A DNA stretch of 64,000 nucleotides. Origin: Blastocladiella emersonii ATCC 22665 (taxonomy: Eukaryota; Fungi; Blastocladiomycota). The translations under genes and the position numbers were made by a program. The DNA lies in NCBI GenBank assembly GCA_025594325.1, contig JANHCV010000001.1, forward strand, positions 186,001 through 250,000. The letters run 5' to 3'. This document shows, one piece after another, positions 1-10,201 of the stretch. Every line of letters begins with the position of its first letter. Position 1 is the stretch's first letter. The notes below the pieces were generated by a model. That model searched no databases. It saw only the letters and a program-made list of their open reading frames with translations, and had not been told where the DNA came from.

Positions 1-1109
1 TCACGACGAGCCCGCCGAGATGGTCGTGGCTGTGTCCATGGCTGTGATCGTGGAAGGGCGCGAGGAGCGGGTCGAGGAACGCGGGACCAGTGGTCGCGGC
101 AGCGGCAGTCGTTGGACCCGTCGTCGTCGTTGCGGGCGAGAGCATGAGCGGGACGCTGTTGACGCGCGTCGGCGGCGCCCGCGCCGACCCGCTCGCGGCC
201 GCGGGCGGGATGGCGAGGAGCGACTGGATCGCGGCGGCCGTGCTCTGGTCCGTCCACGCGTGCCCGGCAGCAGGCGGTCCGGGGCTTGCGCGCGCGGCGG
301 GCGTCGCACCCGCACTGCGCGAGGTGCGCGAGGTGCGCTGGCTAGTAGCGAGATCCCCACCAGTGCTGTTGCCGCCGTTGAACTGCGGGAACGTGAACGG
401 CATCATGCCCAGCCCACCGAGCCCCGCGCCGGGCACACACCCGCCGGACGTGCTGCAGTGGTCGTCGTGGAAGTGATGGCCGTTGTTGACGTGGACGTGA
501 CCCGAGTGGATCCGCGGCGCCTTGCGCGGGCGCGCCGCGAGCAGGAGCGGATGCGGGTACTGCTGGAGGTGAGGCTGCGGCTGCGGCTGCTGCTGCTGCA
601 TCGACTGGTACGGGTATTGGCTGAGCTGGAGCGCCATGGCAGCCGCGGCGGCGGCATCCTGCGGGCCGGGAGCGGCAGGTGCGCCGGCCGGCGACGCAAG
701 CGCCGGGAACCCCATGGGTGCCGGCATGAAGCCGTTGCTGGCGCCCGCAGAACCGAGGCCGGTACCAAAGGCGGCGGCGGCGCTCGCCGGGTCGGCAAAG
801 ATGTAGCTCTCGAGGTCGAGGGCGTCGAACGAGTGCGGGTCGCTGAACCCGAACGAGTGGTGCTGCAGGTGCGGCTGTTGCTGCGCCGGGACCGCCGATC
901 CCCACGGAGGCGGCAAGCTCGTCAGCTGCGGCGAGCCGGCAGCCACGGCGGTTGCCAGCGGGTCGTCAAGGAACGAGGCATCGCGCTTGCGCGGGTTCGA
1001 GTTGGCGAGCCCAGGCGGCGGCGGCGGGTGTTGCTATGTGCGCGATGATGGGTGCAGGTCAGCGATCGTGGCCGGAATGCTTGCTACCGGCAAAGCGTAG
1101 CCGTACCAT
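1..1109 (-). CDS. Low-complexity Gln/His/Pro-rich protein, 5' part only (runs off window start); possibly a transcription-regulator N-terminus
   Basis: ATG at 1109-1107 followed directly by a GTAC..TAG intron (1106-1034). Exon 2 is open to base 1: MQHPPPPPGLANSNPRKRDASFLDDPLA...QQQQPQPQPHLQQ...HVHVNNGHHFHDDHC...HDHSHGHSHDH. It is absent from the ORF track because it has no stop inside the window. Confidence 0.6.
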
Positions 1110-1587
1110 GTCGCCAAACGGGTCGATCGATGGGTCGCCGATCCGAGCGGGGCGGCAGAGCGGGTTGCGCACAGCGCCAAGGCGAGAAGTCGAGTGGCAG
1201 TCGGCGGTTTCTGGCGCGGCGCAGCGTTCAGTCGTCGTTGCAGCAAGTCGATACGTTCGGGGAGAGGCCGAGCGGCAGGCCGAGCGGGGGACCGAGCAGG
1301 GGGGGACGGGGAGCGCGCTGCAGCTCGAGCGGCCGCAACCGGACAGGTACGCCGGCCCACGTGCCCGGTCCGCGCACTGATTGGCTGAGGACGGCGCGGA
1401 TCTACACGTGCCCATGGCGCGACCCGCCTGCTGTGGCGCTTCGCGTCTCGCCCCGTGTCTCGCACGCCGATCCCGCCGGGGCAGTCAGGTTTCACGACAC
1501 CGTTTCCCGAGGAAACACGTTGTAAGATATATTGGGACGTAACTGGATAAATGAATCACACTTGTGCCCGCACAGGACGAACACCGC

Positions 1588-3059
1588 TTACTTGATCGCA
1601 CTACAACGGGAGGCCACCTCAAGCAGGTGAGGGAAGTTTGCCGTCCTGCCGACCTTTTCAAGCTCCTCGACCGTGGAATCGCATGGTTTGATCCCGAGGC
1701 AGAGCATTTCATCCACAAGGCAGGCTGTTTCCTTCACGCACCATTGATCAAACTCGCGCTCGATCATGTCCAACTTCGGATCGCCGTGCACGCCTTCGAG
1801 CTTGATGCGGATGAGGTATGCGTAGTACTTGGGCGTAAGCACATTTGGGTGCTTCAACGTCAGCACATATCGATGGAGAATGTCAATCTTGAACAGCGCG
1901 CCGGCCCGTTTGTGCGCTTCCATGAGCGCGACAAACAAACGCCACGAGAGCACTGGAATCTTTTCGGCTCGATGACCGAGGACGTCGAAGGGGAGGTTTA
2001 AGAAGGCGTGATCGTCCGACTGCATGACTGCCAGCCGGTACTTTGCGCGGGTCGTAAGATCGATTCCAAGGTCGCGGGCACGTTCCATGGCATACACGGC
2101 ATCGCGAAGCGAGTCCTTGCAGTAGTCTCGCTCCTCGGTAGCAAACATGGAAAACATCTCGCTGGTAAGCGCAGCCATGTGGCACTCACCTCGTGACTCG
2201 TTTTCCACGATGTTTCGCTCGAGACGTCCAAAATTGTAGGGTTCGTTGTCGTTGGTGTCGTAAAGCGATCTAACTTGCGCGAGGTTTAAAACCGGGTCGG
2301 CCCACGCGTGCGGAATGAGACCCTTCGCCACTGCATCCTGCACAAGTTCATCCACCTCGTCATCGCACTGGGCTCGAGCAGCAGACATGGCTTCAATCCG
2401 AATCTCGTCAAGTGGTGTGCGTCAACCGCGGTTAAGCCCATGCAAACTGTCATCGAGTAATCAAGCGTTCGGAGTGCCTCTGCAAAGAGTGGCACGACAG
2501 CCTCAGCGTGATTGCCCGCCACGGCGACCAAGTCGACGACTGCACTCATGGCATCGGCTCCAAGGCGACGATTGCCAACGATTGTGGCAAGCTTGGTGAT
2601 GAGATCCGGGCGCGACGCGGCAACGTTCTTGATGCCCTTGAGCTTGACGAGGCGCAGAACGGCGTCATTCACACCATTGCACCACTCGTCGTCGGCCGAG
2701 TCGGCCCACGATGGAAGCTTGGCAAACTCGTCGAGCAAGGCTTCAACTGCAGCAGGAGAGCACTTTGAGGCTTTATTGATCCAAGTCAGGTTCTTGACGG
2801 CCGTCTCAAAGCCAGCCGCGTGATAAGCAGTGATGGCCGCGCCGACGCGGTCCAGACCATGACGAAGCTCGGGGGCGATAAAGGCTTGTTGAGCGTTCGT
2901 CGTCACGAAGCGGTGGAGGCCTCGAAGCGGAAGCTCATGGCCGCGAGAAAGCGCGGTGAACTGCCGAGCAGCTTGGGCAGCAATCGGTGGTGCAAGACGA
3001 GCGACGCGGGCAACGACAGTTGCGCGTGCGAGTCGAGGAAGTTGCGAGAAACGATACAT
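1588..3059 (-). CDS. Probable mitochondrial helical-repeat (PPR-like) protein, two exons
   Basis: Track ORFs 2286..3059 (Arg/Ala-rich presequence-like start MYRFSQLPRLARATVVAR) and 1588..2388 join in frame through a putative 44-nt GTTTGC..GAG intron near 2447-2404. The C-terminus has PPR-like text (LVDEMLCLGIKPCDSTVEEL). GC is visibly lower than in neighbouring genes. Confidence 0.45.
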
Positions 3060-3418
3060 GTTTGGTTACGTGGTTGGAGAGCCGCATGGAGGAAGGGGAT
3101 CCGCTCGTTTTGTATCTTAGGATCAAGCGCCAGTACTCCTGACACTTTCCCCCGATGTACTGACGGATATTCGTTCTCCCCCTGGCGCTCTCCTCGTGCG
3201 CAGCAGGGGGTGATCGCACGCGTTGATTTATCACGTGGCCGGCGAGAGACATGAGACACGACGCGTTGGTCAGCGAGTCGATCGCGACTTTCCAGCAGCG
3301 ATCCACTTTGACGCACTCTCCAGCGCCAAGTCACGCAAGTAAAACCGTCTGAGCGCTGAGCTTTAGACGTATTGATGTGTAAAAGGAGCTCAATTTAATT
3401 AATCTTGATTTAGGCCAG

Positions 3419-5352
3419 TCACTCCCGCTCGCCCGCAGGGACCCAGACGTGGCACTTACCCGACGCGTTTCCAGACACGACAATGTTCGGGCGACGCGCG
3501 CTTGGATGGACCGCAACCACGGCCGGAACCGCCGTCATCGAGTCGTCGTCGAGGGTCGCAACGATTCGGCCGCGAGCCGTATCGATCACGTTGACGTTGC
3601 GGTTCATGTTGCCGATCAGGGCGCAGTTGGTAAGCGTCGGGTGCCATTTCGCCCTAGAAAGCGCGTTCATGTCAGTTTCCGCGGCAACGGTGTGTGCGAC
3701 GAGAAACAAAGGACGTACTTGAGGGTCGTGACCCACTTGCCGGTCTTGTTGTTGTGCGAAATCTTGTGCGAGGGTTCAGGAAGCTCGACGTCGTCACCAT
3801 CGTCGGTGCCCTCGCCCTTGCTCGCGCTGAGATCCCTGCTCTTGCGCTTCGCGTCCACAGCAGCGGTGAGGTCCGGGATCTCGTTCCACACCCGCACGTA
3901 GTTGTCGTAGCAGGTGCTGATGATGCCGGTGCCCGTGCGCGGCTGCCAATACGCGGCGGTGCAGCTGTACCCGTGCTTGCCCCACGCCATCTCGGTCAGC
4001 GCGTCGCCAATGTCAGCGAGTGCCGTCGCGCCCTTGGTTGGAGCCAGCGACCGCGCGCCAAACGACCAGCGCGAGTCGAAGATGCGCATCGTCGTGTCGT
4101 TTGACGAGACGAGGAGCCGGGTGGGCGTCGCCGGGTTGACGCTGATGCACCCGATCTTCTTGTCGAGGAGCGACGGCGTCCATGCGGCCTGGTAGTCGCA
4201 CCGAGCCGTGTTCGAGTCGCTCGGCGCCGAGGCGAAGGGCGCGCGGAGGTCCACGACGCCGACGCCACCGTCGGACGTGCTGAACCACAGGTGCGACTCG
4301 CCGGCGGCCATGTCCATGGACTGCACCGTGGTCCGCGACGCGGATGGCAGGATCAGCGCGTTGGAGAAGGTCTGGGTCGCCATGTCGAGGATGCGCAGCG
4401 TCCCGTCGTACGACGCCGAAAACAGGCGGTCCGCGCGGCCGGGCGCGAACATGACCTGCGAGAGGCCCTCGGTGTGCGGCGTGAAGGAGAAGAGCTTGTC
4501 GGAAGCGACCATGGCCTCGTCCATGTCGCCGTCCTCGTCCTCGTGGCCGTCGCCTGAGCGGATCGACTTTGCGGGAGCCTTGGACGATTCCCCGCCGCGC
4601 GCAGCATCCACGGCGTCGTTGTAGTGCTCGGTGAGGTCCCACAGCGCGAGCGTGCCCTCCTTGTCGCCGGCGCAGAGCAGCATCTTGTCGTCGGTCGGCG
4701 CAAACTCCATGGAGTAGATGCGCGACGGCACGACGCGCACCGCGGCCGAGTGGCGCGTCGCGAGCTTGCCGAAGTGGGCCGCGAGCTCGCCCGAGGCGTC
4801 CTTGCGCGCCTCCTCCTCCTCGTCGTCGTCGACAATGGACCCGACGCTCGCGAGCCCCTTCATGAGTTCAGCGGCGCGGCCCGCGTTTCCGTCGCGGTCC
4901 TCACGCAGAGCGTCCTCGAGCGACAGGATGCGCGCGGACCGGCGCTGCTGCTTGGCCTCGACGACCTTGGCGGCCGCCTCCTCCTGCTCGGCCAGCGCCT
5001 TCTCGGCCTCCTTACCCGACGGGTCGAGACCACGGATCCGCAGCGAAGTCCGGCGCGGAGTCGCTTCGGCGCTCGCGGGCGCCGAGGTCTCGGCGTCGTC
5101 GGACGCGCCGCGCTTGCGCTTCGCCGTCGCGGGCGAGGCGGTCTTGGTGGCCCTGGGCTTCGCCTTCGCCTTGGCCTTGGCCTTGGCGGCGGCGGCGGCG
5201 GCGGCCTTCTTGGCGACGGGCGAGGCGGATCGGGAGCTCTCGGTCGACGAGCCGAGCACGCTCGACGCGCGCTTGATGCCGAGCGACGCAAAGAGGTCGG
5301 CGTTGCGGCGGAGGTTCTCCTGGCGCTGGCGCTCAAAGTAGTCGTCGTCCAT
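3419..5352 (-). CDS. CMR1: WD40 DNA damage-binding protein CMR1/WDR76
   Basis: N-terminus YFERQRQENLRRNADLFASLGI, RTSLRIRG motif, then WD repeats (RIYSMEFAP, GDKEGTLALWD, RLFSASYDGTLR, HNNKTGKWVT). Intron 3718-3654 joins TTLK to AKWHP. Confidence 0.85.
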
Positions 5353-5542
5353 TGCACTTGGTGTAGGTTTGTCGATGCGTCGCGGTCGTCGTCTGCTCGG
5401 GGAGGAACAGGCGCGGGACGATCGATCGGCGCGAGTGCGTCGGCGCCCTTCGCTGCAGCTTCGCTGTCGAGGGCGGCGTGCGCCACTACCATCGCACTCC
5501 CGACGATGGCGACGACGAGGGAGAGGACCCGGATGTAACCTG

Positions 5543-8500
5543 ATGCAATCTGCAACCTATCTGTTCTGTGAGCGACATGCGCTGCTCAGCGAGCTAGCGC
5601 AGCCGGCGTCGTCCGCGCCCGCGCCGCCGCCACCGCGGCTCTTCGACGGCGAGCCGGTGCCCGAGCTCGTGGACCCGCTGGTGACGCTGCACGGGTTCCA
5701 GCTGTACTGCGTCGAGCAGTGGGTCTCGGACCCGTCGCGCGTGCTGCACTCGGTCGTCGTGAACACGGGCGACGATCGCCACGAGGTGCGCGCGTGCGCC
5801 GTGCGGTTCCCGGACCTCGGCGCATCGGCCTTCGTCGGCCGCGTCGCGAGCCGTGCCGACGAGCACCACCTGCAGCCCACCGCCACGCCGCACGGCACCC
5901 TGTACACGGCGTCGCTCGCGCTGCTCGACCCGGAGCTCAACCTCATCCCGATCCCGGACGGCGACCTCGACCGCCACCTCACCACCGTCCGCCTCAACGT
6001 CAACCTGCGCCGCCTCGGGTGCGGGACGCGCGCTGCTGTCTCGGCCCGCCCGCCGACCGACGCCCAGGCCGAGCGCTTCCTGCAGGCGTTCAAGATCCTG
6101 CGCCGCGCGCCGCTCGAGACGTGCGTGGCCGAGATGGTCGACGTGTTCCGGACCTCGCTCGTGCTGCTCGGCTACGTGCCGCCCGGCGGCGTGCCGCTCT
6201 CGCCAACCGACGGGTTCCTGTGCGACCGCACCATGGACGTGGTCCGCGAGCTCAAGTCCGCTGCAGCTGCGTCAACCCCCGTCGACGGACCTGCCGGTGC
6301 CGCCGCTGCATCGAACGCAGCGCCCGGTGTTCCTGGTGCGCCGTCGACAACCGTTGCAGCCGACGTCGTGTGCGACCTTCCGCTCGTCATCAGTGTGGTG
6401 ACGCGGCTGATCCACCTCCGAACGAAACTGTCCATGCTGGTCAAGGACGTGGTCAAGGACCCGTACAGCGACCCCGCGCTGTTCCAGAAGAAGATTGCGA
6501 GCTTCCAAAAGTCCAAGCAGCTCGCCGTGACGCGCGTGTTCGACGCCGACACCACCACGGTCCTCGAGATGACGCTCGCGCAGAACGCGGCGGGGTCGTC
6601 GCGCATCGCCAAGCTGCTGCGCACTCGCCTCGACCAGCTCGATGCGTCGCCCTCGCTCGACAACTTCCTCACCCTCACCAACCAGGTCGAGCGCACGCGC
6701 GCCCTGTGGCACGGGTCCGCCAAGAAGCGCATCGACGGGCTGCTGCTCGACCCCGAGGCGCCCGTCAACAAGGTCGAGGGCCTGATCCAGGGCGGCCGCG
6801 AGTTTGCCACCACGCTGCTCAAGGGCGTCGGTAGCGGTGTGCGCGATCGCCGCCCGTCGTCACCGTTCGACGACGACGTGGAGATGCTCGTCCCACCGTC
6901 GCTCGGGTCCACGGCAGCTGCATCGTCGGCCGTCAACCTGGGCGGCGCAGTCGGTTCCGCGGGCACGACGTCCATGTCAACGGCGTCCAATCTGACCGCC
7001 AACACGGGCACTCGGCTCGGTCGTCGGTCTGCGGGTAAGAAGCGCGGCAACTCGGGCAACGCGCTGGGTCTCACCCCCACCGATGGCGCTGCTGCGCGAA
7101 ACCCGGCCGTGTCGCCGAGTCTCGACCCCGCCGCTCTCGGGGGCGGCGATCTCGGGCACGAAAGCGATGCCGAGCCGAAGCGCGCCGTGATCGACATTGC
7201 GACGTCGTTTCTTCGGCGTCGCGAAAAGCACGACGCTGCAGCACCGGTCGACGATCCGACCTCGCCGCCGTCGCACCCGGAGCGGATGCGGTCCACTAGC
7301 CCGCCGCCTGCACCACCCGTGTCGACTCCTGCGACCAAGTCGAAGCGCAAGCACGGGCGGTCGGCGCGTAAGGCCGCCAAGCAGGCGGGCGCCGCCGTCA
7401 CGGACACGGCATCGAGTTTCCTCCGCAGCGCGCTGCCGGCGCAGCTCGGGTTCGCCACGTCGGGTACGGGGCGCGGGCGCAGCCGGTCGCCGCGGTCGGG
7501 CACGCGGCTGCTCATCAACCCCGCTGCAGCGGCGGCTCCAGGTGGGTCGGGCGACATGCGGACGCCGACGTCCACCCCGACGCCAATGCGGATCCTGCCT
7601 CCGCCGTCAGTCCACGCTTCGACAACTACACTCGGTGTACTTGGCGGCGGCGGTGGCGCTCCCAGCGGGCTTGGTGGCCATGTCGCGAGCACGGACCACC
7701 TGGGCGACCCCGCGAGCGCATCGTGGATTCCGCTTCCGCCGCGCCCGACGCTCCTCGACACGCTGCGCAGCGAGGTGCAGGCGCAGGCGCGGCGGCGGCG
7801 CGCCGTATCGCTCCCACGTCTCGCCGCGCATACCGACCCAGTCGACGATATTTACACGCGGCGGCGCGCGCTGAGCGTGTCTCTGGCCGAGCCATGCACA
7901 GCGGGCATGTACTTGCGGTCACGCCTCGCACGCCGCGCGCGGTTCGCACTTGCCGACGACCTGCACGCGGTACGGGCGCGCGTGTACCAGCTGGTGCAGT
8001 ACCAGCAGTACGCACACGCAGTCCTGGACGACGTCGAGGCGGGCGCGGCGCGCGAGCTGGCTCGCGACGTGGCGGCGCTACGCGACGCGTACCAGGTGCG
8101 CGCTATGGAGGTCGAGATGCTGCGGTCGCGGATCATCTCGCTCAAGGCACACGGGGCACGCGTCGCTGAGAGCGTCGACGACATGGCGACGCAGGCTCTG
8201 CGCATCCAGTACACGATCCAGACGACGGCCGACAAGCTGCGCGAGTCGGACGAGATTGTCAGCATGATGAAGGAGGGGCTAGAGGGCGTCCAGGTCCAGC
8301 GCGGGATGCAGGTCGAGGACACGGAGGGGATCGCATCGCGGACACGGCGCGCCGTGATGGCGATTCCTGACGGTACGGCTCCGACCCGGAGTGGGTCATG
8401 CTCAGCAACTGACACTCTCGCTCTCGATCTTGGTAGTGCTCTTCCTCGTCGGCGTCGCGTTCCTCAGCCAGCTGAGCTTCATGATCCGTTGGCTCGACAC

Positions 8501-8567
8501 TCACGTTGGCGGGCGAGCGGCTGCTGCGCGGCCCGCCCTGGCGCCTTCAGCGAACGCTGGGCGATGA
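5543..8567 (+). CDS. STB2/STB6 (Sin3-binding)-like protein with C-terminal coiled coil and hydrophobic tail
   Basis: Motif LHGFQLYCVEQW...VVVNTGDDRHEV and NVNLRRLGCGTR match my recollection of the STB6 N-terminal domain. An intron near 8372-8436 leads to a final exon VLFLVGVAFLSQLSFMIRW...GR*. Confidence 0.65.
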
Positions 8568-8786
8568 TGACCAGCAATACACAATGTACAGCTAGCCAGC
8601 CCGCGCTCCTCGTCGTCCTCTACCCGACCATGGTCGCCGGCCGCGATGGAGTGACTCCCGCTGATGATCGACGGCGTGTGGCGCTGCCGCTGCCGCTGCG
8701 GCTTGCGCTGCGCCGCAGGACGCAGGAGAGTTGCGCGCTGTTGCGAGCTCCTCCATTCCCCTCTCCCCTCCATCGGCGAGACGACG

Positions 8787-8793
8787 TATAAAA
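8787..8793 (+). promoter_or_regulatory. TATA box upstream of the F-box/XPA-like gene
   Basis: TATAAAA about 55 nt before ATG 8849 in an otherwise GC-rich spacer. Confidence 0.5.
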
Positions 8794-8848
8794 CTGCGTG
8801 CAACTTTGCCGCCCGACCACTTGATGCAACTTTGCCTGCGCCGCCGCC

Positions 8849-9910
8849 ATGCCCGCCTACACCCGCTCGCAGCGCCGGCGCGACCTGGCCGAGACCGGCA
8901 CCTCGGAGATCCCCGCTGAGCCGCCCAAGCCCTCGGCCATTGCCGCTGCTGAGGCTGCTGCCGCCGCCGCTGCTGCTCACAAGTCGGCCGCGTCGGAGCC
9001 AAAGCCGAAGCGCAAGCCCGCGACGCGTAAGAAGACGACCACCACGCGCAAGTCGACTGCGCGCAAGAAGAAGTCCGCGGAGCCCGACGTCGCTGCTTCG
9101 GATGAGCCCGCTGAGCCGCACAAACCGGCGGCCAAGCGCCGGCGCAAGACGGGAGCCCGCGCCCCGCCCGCGGCCCCGCGCGAGCCTGCCATCAACCGCA
9201 TGCCGACCGAGTGCTGGGCGCTGATCCTCGAGCACCTCACCGACGCGTCCTCGATCGGCCACCTGCTGCTGTGCCGCGAGGTGTCGCGCACCTGGCGCGA
9301 CCTCATCGAGACCCGCCTCGACCGCGTCCGGAACGACTACATTGCGCGCCGCCTCCGCATCAACAAGATCGAGCGCGCCGGCATCCGCCTCAAGTCGGGC
9401 CGCATCAGCGTCGCCAAGCCGCGCAAGCCCAAGCCGGCTAAGCGCGCCCGCAAGTCCGCGGCCAACCGCGACGACGACGAGCAGCTGCAGCACGAGGTCG
9501 AAATTGACGACCTCGCGATCCCGACGGGCCCCTTCAACACGGTCATGAAGCACGTGCGCACCCGGTGCATGGTGTGCGGGTCCAAGGCGCCCGCCAAGTC
9601 GCTCATGGTGTGGGGCGACATGTTCCAGCTTTGCTGCGTCAAGTGCCGCGTGCGGTCCGTGATGCGGTCCAACCACCCCGGTACCCCCATCACCAAGGCG
9701 CAGGAGACCAAGACCAACTGCGTGACGCGCATGACCGTCATCTCGCGCCTCGGCGTCCCCGCCGCCGCCTTCGACGCCGCCCACCTGCCGTACCGCGAGG
9801 TCCGCAACCCCGTCAACCGCCATTTTGCGCCCATGAAGCTGTACAACCTCGAGCACGTCGGCCAGCTCGTCTTCGCCGTCACGGGGAACCTGGACCCCAT
9901 CAAGATCTGA
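8849..9910 (+). CDS. F-box protein with basic N-terminus and a C-terminal XPA-like Zn-finger/DNA-binding core
   Basis: F-box INRMPTECWALILEHL...LLCREVSRTWRDLI; CMVC-x19-CVKC; LPYREVRNPVNRHFAPMKLYNLEHV resembles XPA KNPHHSQWGDMKLYLKLQI. Single exon. Confidence 0.7.
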   Translation: MPAYTRSQRRRDLAETGTSEIPAEPPKPSAIAAAEAAAAAAAAHKSAASEPKPKRKPATRKKTTTTRKSTARKKKSAEPDVAASDEPAEPHKPAAKRRRKTGARAPPAAPREPAINRMPTECWALILEHLTDASSIGHLLLCREVSRTWRDLIETRLDRVRNDYIARRLRINKIERAGIRLKSGRISVAKPRKPKPAKRARKSAANRDDDEQLQHEVEIDDLAIPTGPFNTVMKHVRTRCMVCGSKAPAKSLMVWGDMFQLCCVKCRVRSVMRSNHPGTPITKAQETKTNCVTRMTVISRLGVPAAAFDAAHLPYREVRNPVNRHFAPMKLYNLEHVGQLVFAVTGNLDPIKI

Positions 9911-10201
9911 GGTTTGGGCGCGTGCAGCTCGGCGAGGATTCGTTTGCATCGTACGAGCAGAGTATATTTTGATCTATTCACTGTACCGTTGTCCGTGGGT
10001 GAAAGATGCATGGATACGGGTCGCGAAGAGCGGGAAGCACTAGCACTTTTCGGCCGACATGTGATGCGAGACACCTCGCACGTGAGGGCAGAACGCGTCT
10101 CCTTGCACGCGTCTCACCGATCGCGTCTTCCCCTTCCCAGCCGCTCGCCCGCTCCCCACCAGGGTCCTCGCAGACAAAAGCGCGCCGCCTTATCATTCGC
10201 A

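Noticed and set aside
5369-5542. N-terminal extensions of track ORFs (5369, 9914, 37151, 42120)
   Set aside because: They start at non-ATG codons or run through UTR or intron sequence; homology begins at downstream ATGs.
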